A stretch of DNA of 64,000 bases. Source: an uncultured virus (IMG/VR IMGVR_UViG_3300017758_004847) (taxonomy: Duplodnaviria; Heunggongvirae; Uroviricota; Caudoviricetes). The stretch lies in IMG/VR virus record IMGVR_UViG_3300017758_004847; one strand, given 5' to 3'. Numbering within the stretch: the first letter of the stretch is position 1; each line of letters opens with the position of its first letter. Of the stretch, positions 17,775 to 27,273 are shown piece after piece. A program made the position numbers and the translations under genes. The notes beneath the pieces were generated by a model, which saw only the letters and a program-made list of their open reading frames with translations, was not told the DNA's origin and made no database searches.

Positions 17775-17982
17775 ACTCCTTTTTTTTAACTTTTCTTTTC
17801 TCTATTGTGACATCAGTTGGAAAACGACTAAAGTTACCCATACCATCCATATCCATGTCATCGACTAAATCTGGGTAATTCTCCTCCTTCTGTTTTCTTG
17901 AACTGTAATAGATATTCCATATCAGAAAATAAACATATCCTGAAAAAATAATAAACCCAATAACAAACATTCCTATACTCAT
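17746..17982 (-). CDS. Small membrane protein
   Basis: N-terminal TM; DMDGMGNFSRF. Confidence 0.65.
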   Translation of the reverse strand: MSIGMFVIGFIIFSGYVYFLIWNIYYSSRKQKEENYPDLVDDMDMDGMGNFSRFPTDVTIEKRKVKKKEYETTRRTKK

Positions 17983-18212
17983 GACTTTCTTCTTTGTCTA
18001 ATTACTAATGCGAATAATAAAATAGTACCTGGCCAATGTGCCGAATACTGTGCCTCCTCAGTCCTACCGAGTAATCCTAACCCAACTGAGTACAATAAAC
18101 AAATAAATGCAAATACCACAGGGTACCACCTCCTCATAAAATTTCTAAAATTTTTCATGTTTATTTGTTTATCAAACATTCTATTTACCATTTTTTGGTT
18201 TTGATCCTCCAT
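17979..18212 (-). CDS. Small two-TM membrane protein
   Basis: Two hydrophobic helices, SAHWPGT. Confidence 0.65.
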   Translation of the reverse strand: MEDQNQKMVNRMFDKQINMKNFRNFMRRWYPVVFAFICLLYSVGLGLLGRTEEAQYSAHWPGTILLFALVIRQRRKS

Positions 18213-18304
18213 TTTTCATTGATTTAATTAATTTAACTATTATTACCATAAAGGCTAGACCAAGTGAGAGGTTGAATAAGTACACAAACATTTACTGATT
18301 TTTT

Positions 18305-18541
18305 TTAATAAAGCCCGTGTCTCGTATCTAAACGAGCCGAATCTTCTATAGATAGTAGATCCCACCACTTTTCGTTCAACTCCACGAAGGTCTTTCCTTC
18401 TTTTAAGTCTCTATTGGATTTTTTGCATCTATAAATCAGACCTGTATCTGGGTCGTAGTAACTATCGACCGAACTTAAATATTTCATCAATATAGAATTG
18501 TATATATCCATAAGTATATATAAAAAGTTAACGGATGTCAA
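18305..18541 (-). CDS. Hypothetical protein
   Basis: ORF; likely start at MKYLSS. Confidence 0.5.
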   Translation of the reverse strand: MTSVNFLYILMDIYNSILMKYLSSVDSYYDPDTGLIYRCKKSNRDLKEGKTFVELNEKWWDLLSIEDSARLDTRHGLY

Positions 18542-18986
18542 ATTCTTTCACTCCCATATCTCTTCTTGTTGAGATGGCAAGTTGTTTAAACATATTTCTT
18601 TTTTGTTTACCGTTGTATATACCATTCAGAACAATAGTTGGTCTGAACTTATCTGACGTGATTAATGTTATCTTAGAAATACCTACAAGTCTATAAAGAA
18701 TTGGTCTGTATAATCTAACGTCTTTAATCCTGAAAAATTGTATTTCATCAGTGGTTACATTGAAGACTCCTTTCCTTTCGACTATTGTGTCGTCGGTGTA
18801 GATCCACTGAGTAAAGTAAAGTTGTAAGGTTTTCCATACTAATACCAAAAACAATGCGGATGCAATGACAGGTATAAAGTAAGCTGCAACACATGTTGCA
18901 ATAAAATATCCGATATTCAACCATTGTGATGGTCTATCGATTACTGATTCGTAATCATCTTTGAATAAATTTGTTATTACACTCAT
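18528..18986 (-). CDS. Membrane protein with bacterial PH (bPH_2) domain
   Basis: Two TM helices, then T...I..RKGVF...TDEI..FRIKDV....P..YRL.G. Confidence 0.8.
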   Translation of the reverse strand: MSVITNLFKDDYESVIDRPSQWLNIGYFIATCVAAYFIPVIASALFLVLVWKTLQLYFTQWIYTDDTIVERKGVFNVTTDEIQFFRIKDVRLYRPILYRLVGISKITLITSDKFRPTIVLNGIYNGKQKRNMFKQLAISTRRDMGVKEFDIR

Positions 18987-19465
18987 AATCCTAATTTTTC
19001 TAATTCTAAAATCGTGGTATTGAAATCTTTATGTAGGATACCTATACCACCATTAGATACCCATTGTTCAATATTCCTATCTCGGTCATCAATTAATATA
19101 CAGTTTGGTCCCGCATATTTCTTCTTCTGACTTGAATACTCTAAAAGTAATGGTACGCCAGGTAGTTCTCTGTTGACCCAACTATTTTTTCCTTTTCTTG
19201 ACCCGTAACCATTCCTTGATGGTGATGAAAGTAGGACAGGATAATACTCTTCGATATAAGACCAAAGTCTTTTACCATCTTTCATCCATTCAAGATTAAC
19301 CCAAAACTTTTCACCTTGTTTGTTTATTGGGTCCCAAAATTCTGCGGACGTGTGCCACTGACCTGCGATATCTTCACCTGTGAGTTCGAAATAACCTTTT
19401 TCGAAATCAACTAAGACACCATCCATATCACAGAATATTTTATATTTTAAACTATTAAATAACAT
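18983..19465 (-). CDS. HAD-family 5'(3')-deoxyribonucleotidase-like protein
   Basis: CDMDGVLVDF, LSSP, ILIDD, W...GGIGI. Confidence 0.88.
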   Translation of the reverse strand: MLFNSLKYKIFCDMDGVLVDFEKGYFELTGEDIAGQWHTSAEFWDPINKQGEKFWVNLEWMKDGKRLWSYIEEYYPVLLSSPSRNGYGSRKGKNSWVNRELPGVPLLLEYSSQKKKYAGPNCILIDDRDRNIEQWVSNGGIGILHKDFNTTILELEKLGL

Positions 19466-19466
19466 A

Positions 19467-19583
19467 TTATATTCCTTGGGACACTAATGTAAAACCTAAA
19501 ACCGCAACACTTATAAGTGTTATACCTACACCTGAAACAAAACCTTGTTGTTTCGGACTTAAATCTTCATATTTTGGGATCAT
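19467..19583 (-). CDS. Small TM protein (38 aa, not in ORF track)
   Basis: MIPKYEDLSPKQQGFVSGVGITLISVAVLGFTLVSQGI fills the gap between genes. Confidence 0.5.
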   Translation of the reverse strand: MIPKYEDLSPKQQGFVSGVGITLISVAVLGFTLVSQGI

Positions 19584-19864
19584 GATTTTTTTATTTTTCT
19601 GATTAAACTAATAATTTGTTTTTTTGTGACATATCCCATTACATCATCATAATGGTCAGAATCGAAGAAGTCTCTTGTGAAATCACCGTCTTTAAAAATT
19701 GCAATCTCATATCCTGAAAAATCGTGTGGGTTATCTAAGTTTGTCTTTGGAGTTGAGTAAACGAACTCACCAGCAACTACAGATATTTCGTAATTGTTTA
19801 TATTATGTCTACATCTCCATGTACCCATTTTATCTTGTTTGAATTTTAAATCTTCGAATGTCAT
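19580..19864 (-). CDS. Hypothetical phage protein
   Basis: F.DL.F, NYEISVV, YEIAI, DDVMGY. Confidence 0.7.
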   Translation of the reverse strand: MTFEDLKFKQDKMGTWRCRHNINNYEISVVAGEFVYSTPKTNLDNPHDFSGYEIAIFKDGDFTRDFFDSDHYDDVMGYVTKKQIISLIRKIKKS

Positions 19865-19891
19865 AACAATAATTTTTACCTTTTATACTGA

Positions 19892-19922
19892 CAAAGATAA
19901 TAATTAATTTGTTATATCCAAA
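19892..19922 (-). promoter_or_regulatory. Bacteroidetes-type promoter
   Basis: TTTG-N19-TATCTTTG. Confidence 0.7.
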
Positions 19923-19951
19923 CTAAATCTTTAAAATATTTTTAGAATATA

Positions 19952-21766
19952 CTAATTTTTCTCGAGGAGAGGTTCTATGGTAATGTAATCTACTAGTTTT
20001 TCTAAGGAGATATGTCCTGAGAATCTTTCATTACTTTTCTTAATAACGACTGTGGTCGATACACCATCCTTTTTACAATCATATTTACCGTCCGAACTGA
20101 CTTCAACACTATCATTTTTAAAAAAATAAGACCTACCTGGATAACCAAAGTTTTGGAAGTACTTGTCAAGTATTTTACTTAACTCCTTTCTTTTTTTCAT
20201 GCAGTCGGGTGTTTGTTCAAACTCCTCACCTACTTTTTCGGAATAACCCTCAAGGTGAGTTTTCATTTCTTTAAGAGTTGGGTACTCTAAGACAATTTCC
20301 CACATAGGGTTTTCATAATCATAATTCAGATCTTTACTATCACAATAAGCATCAAATAAACTCATCGAGTCTGTTATTTTAGTAATCTTTTCCCGTGATA
20401 TAAATAACGCTAACCTTGAAGGTGTGATGGTGATATCAAATTGTTTGTGATCGTCATCTATGTCAATGTATTTGGTAATTTTATTCTCCTCGGCTTGATT
20501 GGCCGATCTAACCGCATCTTCATTTAGATATGCGTATTCGTCCGCAAAATCTTCAACAATTCCATCAAAGTGGATATCGAACATTAATTTAACAAACTCT
20601 TCTGCAGTTTCCACATAAAGTGGTAATTCCTGTTCATAGAATTTTGTTAATATTGGGGTAAGTGTTTCCTTCATCCAATCATCGTCACCCGAATCCGATA
20701 TATCACTTCTTAAATATTCACTTGTGTTAGAATAAGGGTCTGATTCCGATTTGTATCCATCCAATGCGGTTTTAGTTATTTCAGTATCACTACCTAACTC
20801 CGCCACTTTAAATATTAATTTACCTGTTTTGTAATCATATTCTATATCCACAATATTATCGTCCGATACGAACTTCGTATCCAAAATATTTACCATCTCA
20901 TCACCATCTTCATCAATTAGTGTTTTAACCAATTCATTGTCTGTTTGACCAATCTGTTTATTTACCAATACCGCAATGTCACTATCAGGTAAGAAATCCA
21001 TTCGGTCTAATTCATAATTATCGACTGGTGTGTCATCAAATACTGACGGAAAAAAGAACTTAGTCACTTCACGATAACTACTGAAGAACTCTGATGTATT
21101 GATTTGAGTATCGGTTTTACTCATAAACTGTTTAGTTTCAAAATGAAACTGAAATTTTGTTTGGGGATCATTTCTTCTAACTACCACATAAAGTTCTCCC
21201 CTATCATTATGATGTGAAAAATGATTCTTACGATCAGTATAACTTTTATTGGTTGAGTATGGACCCCATGAAGTACACCATTGTGTGTTGTGTCCTAATA
21301 CCGCAGCTCCCTTTTCTGACTTAGGTTTATATATAATCCAATTTTCCCCACTGAAAAGTAATTCGTAATCGTCCTTTGATAATGTTGGGATTAATTCGAA
21401 AACGGTCTTATCCGTGTCTTGTGTGTAATATTTTTGAACGATATTAAATAAATCACTAAGATCTTTGATTTTGTTTTGATCAACCGAAACTTGATGTTTG
21501 TAAACCAAATCGAGATATTCTTTTGCCTTAGGATAATCCTCAGGTTTTAATTTACCTTCCTTAAATAGTTTGAGTAGTATCTTTGAGTATTTACCGATTC
21601 TAAGTACTTTTTTATCGTCCTCCACATCAGGATTTATCTTACTCCTACTATCTAAACTTATTATACGGACGAATTCATCAAAATCAATCTTACTATAGTA
21701 CTTGTCATAAATCGCTTTAGGACTTGCCTCTAAAAGTAAATCATATATAGTGTCAATTAATTTCAT
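19952..21766 (-). CDS. Large acidic phage protein with G..T.WCT domain, probable virion/internal protein
   Basis: LGHNTQWCT..F..H...G.LY....KFQFHFE..QFM; leader ending LLLEA. Confidence 0.7.
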   Translation of the reverse strand: MKLIDTIYDLLLEASPKAIYDKYYSKIDFDEFVRIISLDSRSKINPDVEDDKKVLRIGKYSKILLKLFKEGKLKPEDYPKAKEYLDLVYKHQVSVDQNKIKDLSDLFNIVQKYYTQDTDKTVFELIPTLSKDDYELLFSGENWIIYKPKSEKGAAVLGHNTQWCTSWGPYSTNKSYTDRKNHFSHHNDRGELYVVVRRNDPQTKFQFHFETKQFMSKTDTQINTSEFFSSYREVTKFFFPSVFDDTPVDNYELDRMDFLPDSDIAVLVNKQIGQTDNELVKTLIDEDGDEMVNILDTKFVSDDNIVDIEYDYKTGKLIFKVAELGSDTEITKTALDGYKSESDPYSNTSEYLRSDISDSGDDDWMKETLTPILTKFYEQELPLYVETAEEFVKLMFDIHFDGIVEDFADEYAYLNEDAVRSANQAEENKITKYIDIDDDHKQFDITITPSRLALFISREKITKITDSMSLFDAYCDSKDLNYDYENPMWEIVLEYPTLKEMKTHLEGYSEKVGEEFEQTPDCMKKRKELSKILDKYFQNFGYPGRSYFFKNDSVEVSSDGKYDCKKDGVSTTVVIKKSNERFSGHISLEKLVDYITIEPLLEKN

Positions 21767-22617
21767 TCTAATTCAAGTAATCGGTCATGTAAAATACTAT
21801 TAAAATTATCATCGTCAACATCAGGATGCCATCGGTCATCTAAACTTAAAGAAGGTCTATCTAAGTAATCGTAACCTATAATCTCATCAAACATACATTC
21901 TCCAAGTGTTGCAAGGTTCGCATCGTTATTATTCTCACCATCTCTACATCTATCTAATATATCTAAAAATTCATCGTCTTTCGAATAATCTGTGTTGAAC
22001 ACACCTTTGATTACGTCGATCATTTCTATTTTGACTTTAATTGGTTCACCATAATTAAATTCTATAACCTCACCATATTCATCTATTGCCTCCCTCATTT
22101 GTTTTCTTATGTAACTCATGTAACTGTCCGCTTCACAATCTCCTAATGTTGTTGACAACATAATGGAGATGTCGTTATCCTCATCAAATTCATTAATAAG
22201 GTCTTGTAGGGTACTATCAGTATAATCTTGAGGATTTTGGTCTGAATCGGTTATGTATGTATTTACGATTGTTCTTATCTTATCTTCATTCTCTTGGTTA
22301 ACATGATAATCCAACGCCGACTCCCAATCACCGTCATAACTATGATGATCATATACATCGTAAGATTCTCCTTGATAGATTGCGTCAAATAAGGTATAAC
22401 TTCTTTCACGACCATCTTTATCCTTCCATTTATTGATAGTCCAATCACCACCCACATATTTCGATAAGTCATCTTGATCTATCTCCAACACAAAATCTAA
22501 GAGACCCGCATCAATTGCACGATTAATATATCTATCTTGCATCAAATAAAACGGATTCTTTTTTGCTATTGCCTTGATTTGATCTGATGACTGTTCGACT
22601 AATGAGAATAACTTCAT
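21763..22617 (-). CDS. Acidic hypothetical protein
   Basis: 284 aa, very Asp/Glu-rich; TATTTAT 4 nt upstream. Confidence 0.75.
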   Translation of the reverse strand: MKLFSLVEQSSDQIKAIAKKNPFYLMQDRYINRAIDAGLLDFVLEIDQDDLSKYVGGDWTINKWKDKDGRERSYTLFDAIYQGESYDVYDHHSYDGDWESALDYHVNQENEDKIRTIVNTYITDSDQNPQDYTDSTLQDLINEFDEDNDISIMLSTTLGDCEADSYMSYIRKQMREAIDEYGEVIEFNYGEPIKVKIEMIDVIKGVFNTDYSKDDEFLDILDRCRDGENNNDANLATLGECMFDEIIGYDYLDRPSLSLDDRWHPDVDDDNFNSILHDRLLELE

Positions 22618-22643
22618 ATTAATAAATACTTTGTTTTATAAAT

Positions 22644-22668
22644 GAAAAACCCCAATTTAATGGGGTTT
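22644..22668 (-). terminator. Intrinsic terminator
   Basis: AAACCCCA/TGGGGTTT stem with T-run. Confidence 0.7.
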
Positions 22669-22673
22669 GTAGG

Positions 22674-22916
22674 TTAAGTTAATTTCGTTGCCTTTGGGTC
22701 CTCACTACCGTCGTCTTGGAAGACATAGAAGTTTCCTTCCTCATCTTTTGCAAGTCTTAACGGTACTCCGTTTTCAGAACTTAATTCTTCAGGACTTTGT
22801 TTTGCCAAGTCTTTTATTTCAGGATCTTCAGACCCTTGATAATCTTCTTGTTCTTTCAAAACATCTAAAACTAATTTTTTGATGTCACTTTCTTTGATTT
22901 TTACGACTTTACTCAT
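22674..22916 (-). CDS. Hypothetical protein with KIKESDIKKLV leader
   Basis: MSKVVKIKESDIKKLVLDVLKEQ; TATTTAT upstream. Confidence 0.75.
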   Translation of the reverse strand: MSKVVKIKESDIKKLVLDVLKEQEDYQGSEDPEIKDLAKQSPEELSSENGVPLRLAKDEEGNFYVFQDDGSEDPKATKLT

Positions 22917-22925
22917 GAGTTTCTT

Positions 22926-23474
22926 TTAATTATAAATATCTAAGTCTTGTAAAAAGGGTAACTCTAAATCTTTTGGTGATACTATGGGTTCTCCCTTTAC
23001 TCCCCAATCAATATTAAGTTCGGGATCATCGTACCTAATCCCACCTTCTTGATCCTTATTATATAGGTTATCTACTTTGTATTGAAGTAACGCGGTTTCT
23101 TTAACTGAGAATCCATGAGCACAACCTCTTGGTACGAAAACAGACCTTTCTCTATATTCCCCACCTAAAGGTATTTTGACAATCTTATTATAGGTTGGGG
23201 AGTCTTTTCTCATATCATAAATTACATCTATTACTTGTCCTATTGGACATCTAACCAACTTAGCTTGTTCAAAATCACCGTTTTGAAAATGTAATCCTCT
23301 AATAACATTTTTATGGGAAAAGGATTCGTTGTCTTGTATGAATCTCGTATCTATTTTTGTTTTAAATAGGAATTCATGGTGATTAAATGAAACACCGAAG
23401 TGACCTCTATAGTCAACGTAAACATCCCATTCAATAACCCAACAATCTTTTATGTCAGTTTCAAGAAATTTCAT
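22926..23474 (-). CDS. rmlC: dTDP-4-dehydrorhamnose 3,5-epimerase
   Basis: D.RG.F, QDNESFS, IRGLHFQ, QAKLVRC, G.AHGF, YKVDN.Y, S.KD. Confidence 0.95.
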   Translation of the reverse strand: MKFLETDIKDCWVIEWDVYVDYRGHFGVSFNHHEFLFKTKIDTRFIQDNESFSHKNVIRGLHFQNGDFEQAKLVRCPIGQVIDVIYDMRKDSPTYNKIVKIPLGGEYRERSVFVPRGCAHGFSVKETALLQYKVDNLYNKDQEGGIRYDDPELNIDWGVKGEPIVSPKDLELPFLQDLDIYN

Positions 23475-23676
23475 GGATTTCGTTGATTTTCTCTTTAATA
23501 CAATTTTCTAAGGATTTGTGATATGCCATTACAAGTTCATCATCACCATTGGTCTTGAGGAAATGGTCTTTAAAATTGTGTACGTATTGTATTGCCCCAT
23601 CCACATGAATTAGGGTCTCACAACTCTCGATTACTTTAATTCCTTTATGATATACGTCTGGTAAGTTATTATTCAT
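23461..23676 (-). CDS. Hypothetical protein
   Basis: Overlapping operon ORF; KVIESC.T..H motif. Confidence 0.65.
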   Translation of the reverse strand: MNNNLPDVYHKGIKVIESCETLIHVDGAIQYVHNFKDHFLKTNGDDELVMAYHKSLENCIKEKINEIHEIS

Positions 23677-23926
23677 TATCTAAGGTCTGAATATATATTG
23701 GGGTGTTTTCACCAACATAAGCGTTTAACACATTAAAGTCTAAGTACTCCACAGCATCTTCCAAAGTTAGTTCTTCTTGGGTGACTAAGACTTGTACCAT
23801 CATATCGATATCATATATTACTTTACCTGATAGTGGTTCTAAACCGATTATTGCATCGTCAAATCCATCCGCTTGTAATAACTCCAATTCAGGATACATT
23901 TCATTTAGTTGATCAATTTTCTTCAT
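23669..23926 (-). CDS. Conserved hypothetical phage protein
   Basis: ADGFDDAIIG...IYD...DA.EY.DFN...AYVGE.TP. Confidence 0.75.
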   Translation of the reverse strand: MKKIDQLNEMYPELELLQADGFDDAIIGLEPLSGKVIYDIDMMVQVLVTQEELTLEDAVEYLDFNVLNAYVGENTPIYIQTLDNE

Positions 23927-24443
23927 TTTGTTTGTATTTTACTATTTGTTCACAATCCCATTTAAACCATCTTAGGACTTGTTTCTGTGAAGGATAACAC
24001 ATTTTAAGTATACTATCCTTCTCCTCTCTTATTTCGTCCTCTAAAGGACTCTCATTACACGTATCGAAGACCCATAACTTTTCAGGACAAAGTCGTGATA
24101 CAACATTGTGGGTCCCTATATGTCTATAATGTCCGTACTCTCCACCCTGATTGTGTGTTACAATCTTCTCCCAATTCTTTTCATTTAATACTCTTTCGAG
24201 TCTTGGTATTAGTATAGACTCATTATAGGCGGTTGATGACTTGTATGGTTCACCATCCCAATGTTCCCATTTGTTTACACCTAATACCTCCATAGCACAA
24301 ATAAACTCCTTATGTCTAATCAGATGATTTCCATAGTCTAAAACCACTACTTTGTACTCACCCTTATATCTAAGAAGTTCACCCCCACCAAATAGTGTCT
24401 CATCATCGGGATGAGCCACAATCATTAATTTGTTAACTTGCAT
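23913..24443 (-). CDS. PIG-L/LmbE-family de-N-acetylase
   Basis: VAHPDDE..FGG, THN..GEYGH..H, Y.SQ. Confidence 0.88.
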   Translation of the reverse strand: MQVNKLMIVAHPDDETLFGGGELLRYKGEYKVVVLDYGNHLIRHKEFICAMEVLGVNKWEHWDGEPYKSSTAYNESILIPRLERVLNEKNWEKIVTHNQGGEYGHYRHIGTHNVVSRLCPEKLWVFDTCNESPLEDEIREEKDSILKMCYPSQKQVLRWFKWDCEQIVKYKQNEEN

Positions 24444-25095
24444 AAAAAACCTGTATGTTTGGATGTACCTGAAGAATACTTGCAGGTCTATCCTTAGTCA
24501 CCGATCCATTAAAACATTCATCAAGAATATTAAATTTATCTTCCCCGTTAGCAATCAATATTACTTTTTTAGATTCCCTGATGGTTTTCATTCCCATAGT
24601 ATGTGCCTTTTTAGGGACCTCAGTAACATCACCAAAAAATCTACTATTTGCTTCAATAGTTTCTTTACTTAACTTTACTTTTCTTGTTTTTGAAGTGAGT
24701 GAACCACCTGGTTCATTAAATGCAATGTGTCCGTTATGTCCAATACCTAAAATGACTAAATCTAAACCACCTAAACCTCTGATTGTTTTATCATAATTTT
24801 TATCGGGGAAATACATATTCTCTTTTTTCAAATTCACATGTAAGAATAGGTTTTTCTCCATATACATGTGATATGATTCGGGATGTAAATGACTAATACC
24901 TTCATATTCATCGAGGTTGAAGGTTTGTACCTCAGACCAATCTAGTTCCCCTTGTACTAAGTTTCTGTACATACCTATAGGGGTTGAACCTGTTGGTAAT
25001 CCAAGTTTACACTGTGGATTCTCGTCTATCGTTTCTGCAACTAACGAAGCTACATACTCAGACATTTGATTATAATTTTCGAATAGAGTGATCAT
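24433..25095 (-). CDS. nagB: Glucosamine-6-phosphate deaminase
   Basis: LGLPTGSTP, FNLDEY, LGIGHNGHIAFNEPG, ANSRFF, TMG. Confidence 0.95.
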   Translation of the reverse strand: MITLFENYNQMSEYVASLVAETIDENPQCKLGLPTGSTPIGMYRNLVQGELDWSEVQTFNLDEYEGISHLHPESYHMYMEKNLFLHVNLKKENMYFPDKNYDKTIRGLGGLDLVILGIGHNGHIAFNEPGGSLTSKTRKVKLSKETIEANSRFFGDVTEVPKKAHTMGMKTIRESKKVILIANGEDKFNILDECFNGSVTKDRPASILQVHPNIQVFYAS

Positions 25096-25301
25096 AATTT
25101 TCCACCATCCAATTTACCATTGTCCATATCTGAGATTAGAAACTTAATTCTTTCAGAAGCAATGATAGGTGAATCCTGTTTTAACAACTCTAATATTTGG
25201 TGAAGATTCTTCTTAACCAATCTTTTCGAACAGAGAGGGTTTTTTGGTTTTAATTCTTTACCTTCTCTTAACCAATCTTTTACCGTATCTCTTAAACTCA
25301 T
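25092..25301 (-). CDS. Hypothetical protein, paralogue of 7405-7608
   Basis: KNLHQILELLKQDSPIIASERIKFLISD. Confidence 0.7.
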   Translation of the reverse strand: MSLRDTVKDWLREGKELKPKNPLCSKRLVKKNLHQILELLKQDSPIIASERIKFLISDMDNGKLDGGKL

Positions 25302-25358
25302 AATTTTTTGGTCTTATATAGTTAAGATACATAAATAATTTGGTTAAGTCAAACGCAT

Positions 25359-25385
25359 AAAAAAACCCAACATAGTGTTGGGTTC
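25359..25385 (-). terminator. Intrinsic terminator
   Basis: AACCCAACA/TGTTGGGTT stem with T-run. Confidence 0.8.
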
Positions 25386-25406
25386 TTTAGTGATTCTATG
25401 AGTTTT

Positions 25407-26828
25407 CTATTTCCTCTTTTTGTTAATAGTCTTTTTAACCACATCCTTAATCTCCGATTCTCTTAAATTACGTTGTGGTTCTCCTAAATCTTCAATTCTA
25501 CTAACCGCTCTTCTAATAGACATGTTAGGGTTCATAGATTTCATTTCCTCTTTGAAATCATCTAATATTTGTTCTAAACCTTGTCTAATATTAATGTCTG
25601 TTAATGGGTGATTATCACCTGTATCACTCTCATCTTGTATTTTACCTCTATCACCTAAAATAGTACTACCATCAAATTTCTTTGGTTGCTCAAGTTGTAC
25701 TAATACTTCTTTTTTAATATCACCATCTTTAATCATTTTTCTTGCAACCCTATCAGTTGGTGCCTTCTTAGCGTATTCGATAAGATACTCAATCTCCCAC
25801 TTCCATGAAACAGTTTCTCCTTGATCATTGTTCTCCACTTCAGAACCTGTAATTTTTATGTCTGAAGAAACCATAACTTCAAAGTTCTGTTCACTAGGAA
25901 AATCACCTCTATCTAATTTAAAGACTGGTGTCTTTCCATAATCAGTTGAACTTGTAAACCTTGTTTTATTCCAATTTGAGTATAATTTGTTATATAATCT
26001 TCTTAAGGATTTATCTTGAGGTACATTCAATTTTTCAGGATCTCTCTCCCTAACATTAGATGTAACACTTTGAATAAAGTCTCTCTGTGTATTATATGTG
26101 TTTATATTGTGTGATTGGAATGATATTGTTTTATCATCAACATCACTATAAGAGTTTCTATGTTTTGGATTACTAATTACAATGTTTGGTAAACTTAATT
26201 TCTTAATTGCATTTGTGAATTCACTGTCTTCAGATAAACTACTTTTTAATATTTGATTGAAATCTCTATTAATTTTTTCTCTTGTATACTTAGTTGCTGC
26301 CTCGCCATTCTCATCATATTTTTGAATATATGGTTGTGGTTCAACCTCAAGATCCTCACCTTCTTCATCACCTGGTAAAGGTTTTGCTAATACCATTTCG
26401 GGCGCTCCCTTACCTCTGTAAGGTGTATATGCATCACATTTATCCTCAATCAGTTTTACCTCACCATATCTTTGTTTTAGTTTAGGTATTAGATCAGGAT
26501 GTTTTTCAATTAGTTCGTCCCATTCACAAGTAAAGATAATTGGTTTTGGACCTTCCATACCTTCTTTAAAGTAAAACCATCCGACGTGGTCTATTGGTTT
26601 ACCGTTGTCATCTGTTTCGTAGGCTCTTGTCCATGTAGGTAACTTACCTCCCGATCTCTTTGTTGGTTTACTTGGGTCTGGTTGTTTCTTAGGAAAGTCT
26701 TCAGGTTTTTGTGGCATTTCACCAATTTCCTCCTCAGACTCATCAAATCCCTTGTATCCGTAATGTCTTATTGTAGTAAGATTCTCACCAACAATATTCA
26801 AAATATCTTTTTTACTAATTTCTTCCAT
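25407..26828 (-). CDS. Hypothetical protein, probable late/virion
   Basis: 473 aa; TATTTAT upstream; C-terminal LRESEIKDVVKK motif. Confidence 0.75.
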   Translation of the reverse strand: MEEISKKDILNIVGENLTTIRHYGYKGFDESEEEIGEMPQKPEDFPKKQPDPSKPTKRSGGKLPTWTRAYETDDNGKPIDHVGWFYFKEGMEGPKPIIFTCEWDELIEKHPDLIPKLKQRYGEVKLIEDKCDAYTPYRGKGAPEMVLAKPLPGDEEGEDLEVEPQPYIQKYDENGEAATKYTREKINRDFNQILKSSLSEDSEFTNAIKKLSLPNIVISNPKHRNSYSDVDDKTISFQSHNINTYNTQRDFIQSVTSNVRERDPEKLNVPQDKSLRRLYNKLYSNWNKTRFTSSTDYGKTPVFKLDRGDFPSEQNFEVMVSSDIKITGSEVENNDQGETVSWKWEIEYLIEYAKKAPTDRVARKMIKDGDIKKEVLVQLEQPKKFDGSTILGDRGKIQDESDTGDNHPLTDINIRQGLEQILDDFKEEMKSMNPNMSIRRAVSRIEDLGEPQRNLRESEIKDVVKKTINKKRK

Positions 26829-26865
26829 GTGGTTTTTATATATAAATACTTGGATTATCCGAAAT

Positions 26866-27273
26866 CTAAGAAACTTTGGTCCATTTTTCTGTAGAGTCTA
26901 GCTTGAATGACCCAATAAAGTTTTGTTCCCACTCGTCAGGACCAATTAATGATAGGAAAACAACATCCTTCTTGTTAGTATAAAGATGATATGTATGTCC
27001 TATTACGGGGATGAATGAGTATGTTGATTTATATATGACCTGATTCCAATTGAATTCGTTAACTAATTTATTATACTCTTCTCTTAACTCTTCAAATTTA
27101 GTCTTGATCTGATTATTCACTTTACTAACCTGTTGATTTTTCCAACCAACAGTGTCGTCTAATTTTATTGCGGGGGCACCAACATTACTTGCATAAGGTA
27201 GTTTGTGTCCAACCCAACCTTCTTTCTCGTCCCAAGCTACATTGTCGGGGTATTTTTGTTTTTCTTTACTCAT
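26866..27273 (-). CDS. DUF2452-like protein
   Basis: LPY.SNVGAPAI, F.PVIG..YHLY, LSLI.P.EW. Confidence 0.7.
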   Translation of the reverse strand: MSKEKQKYPDNVAWDEKEGWVGHKLPYASNVGAPAIKLDDTVGWKNQQVSKVNNQIKTKFEELREEYNKLVNEFNWNQVIYKSTYSFIPVIGHTYHLYTNKKDVVFLSLIGPDEWEQNFIGSFKLDSTEKWTKVS

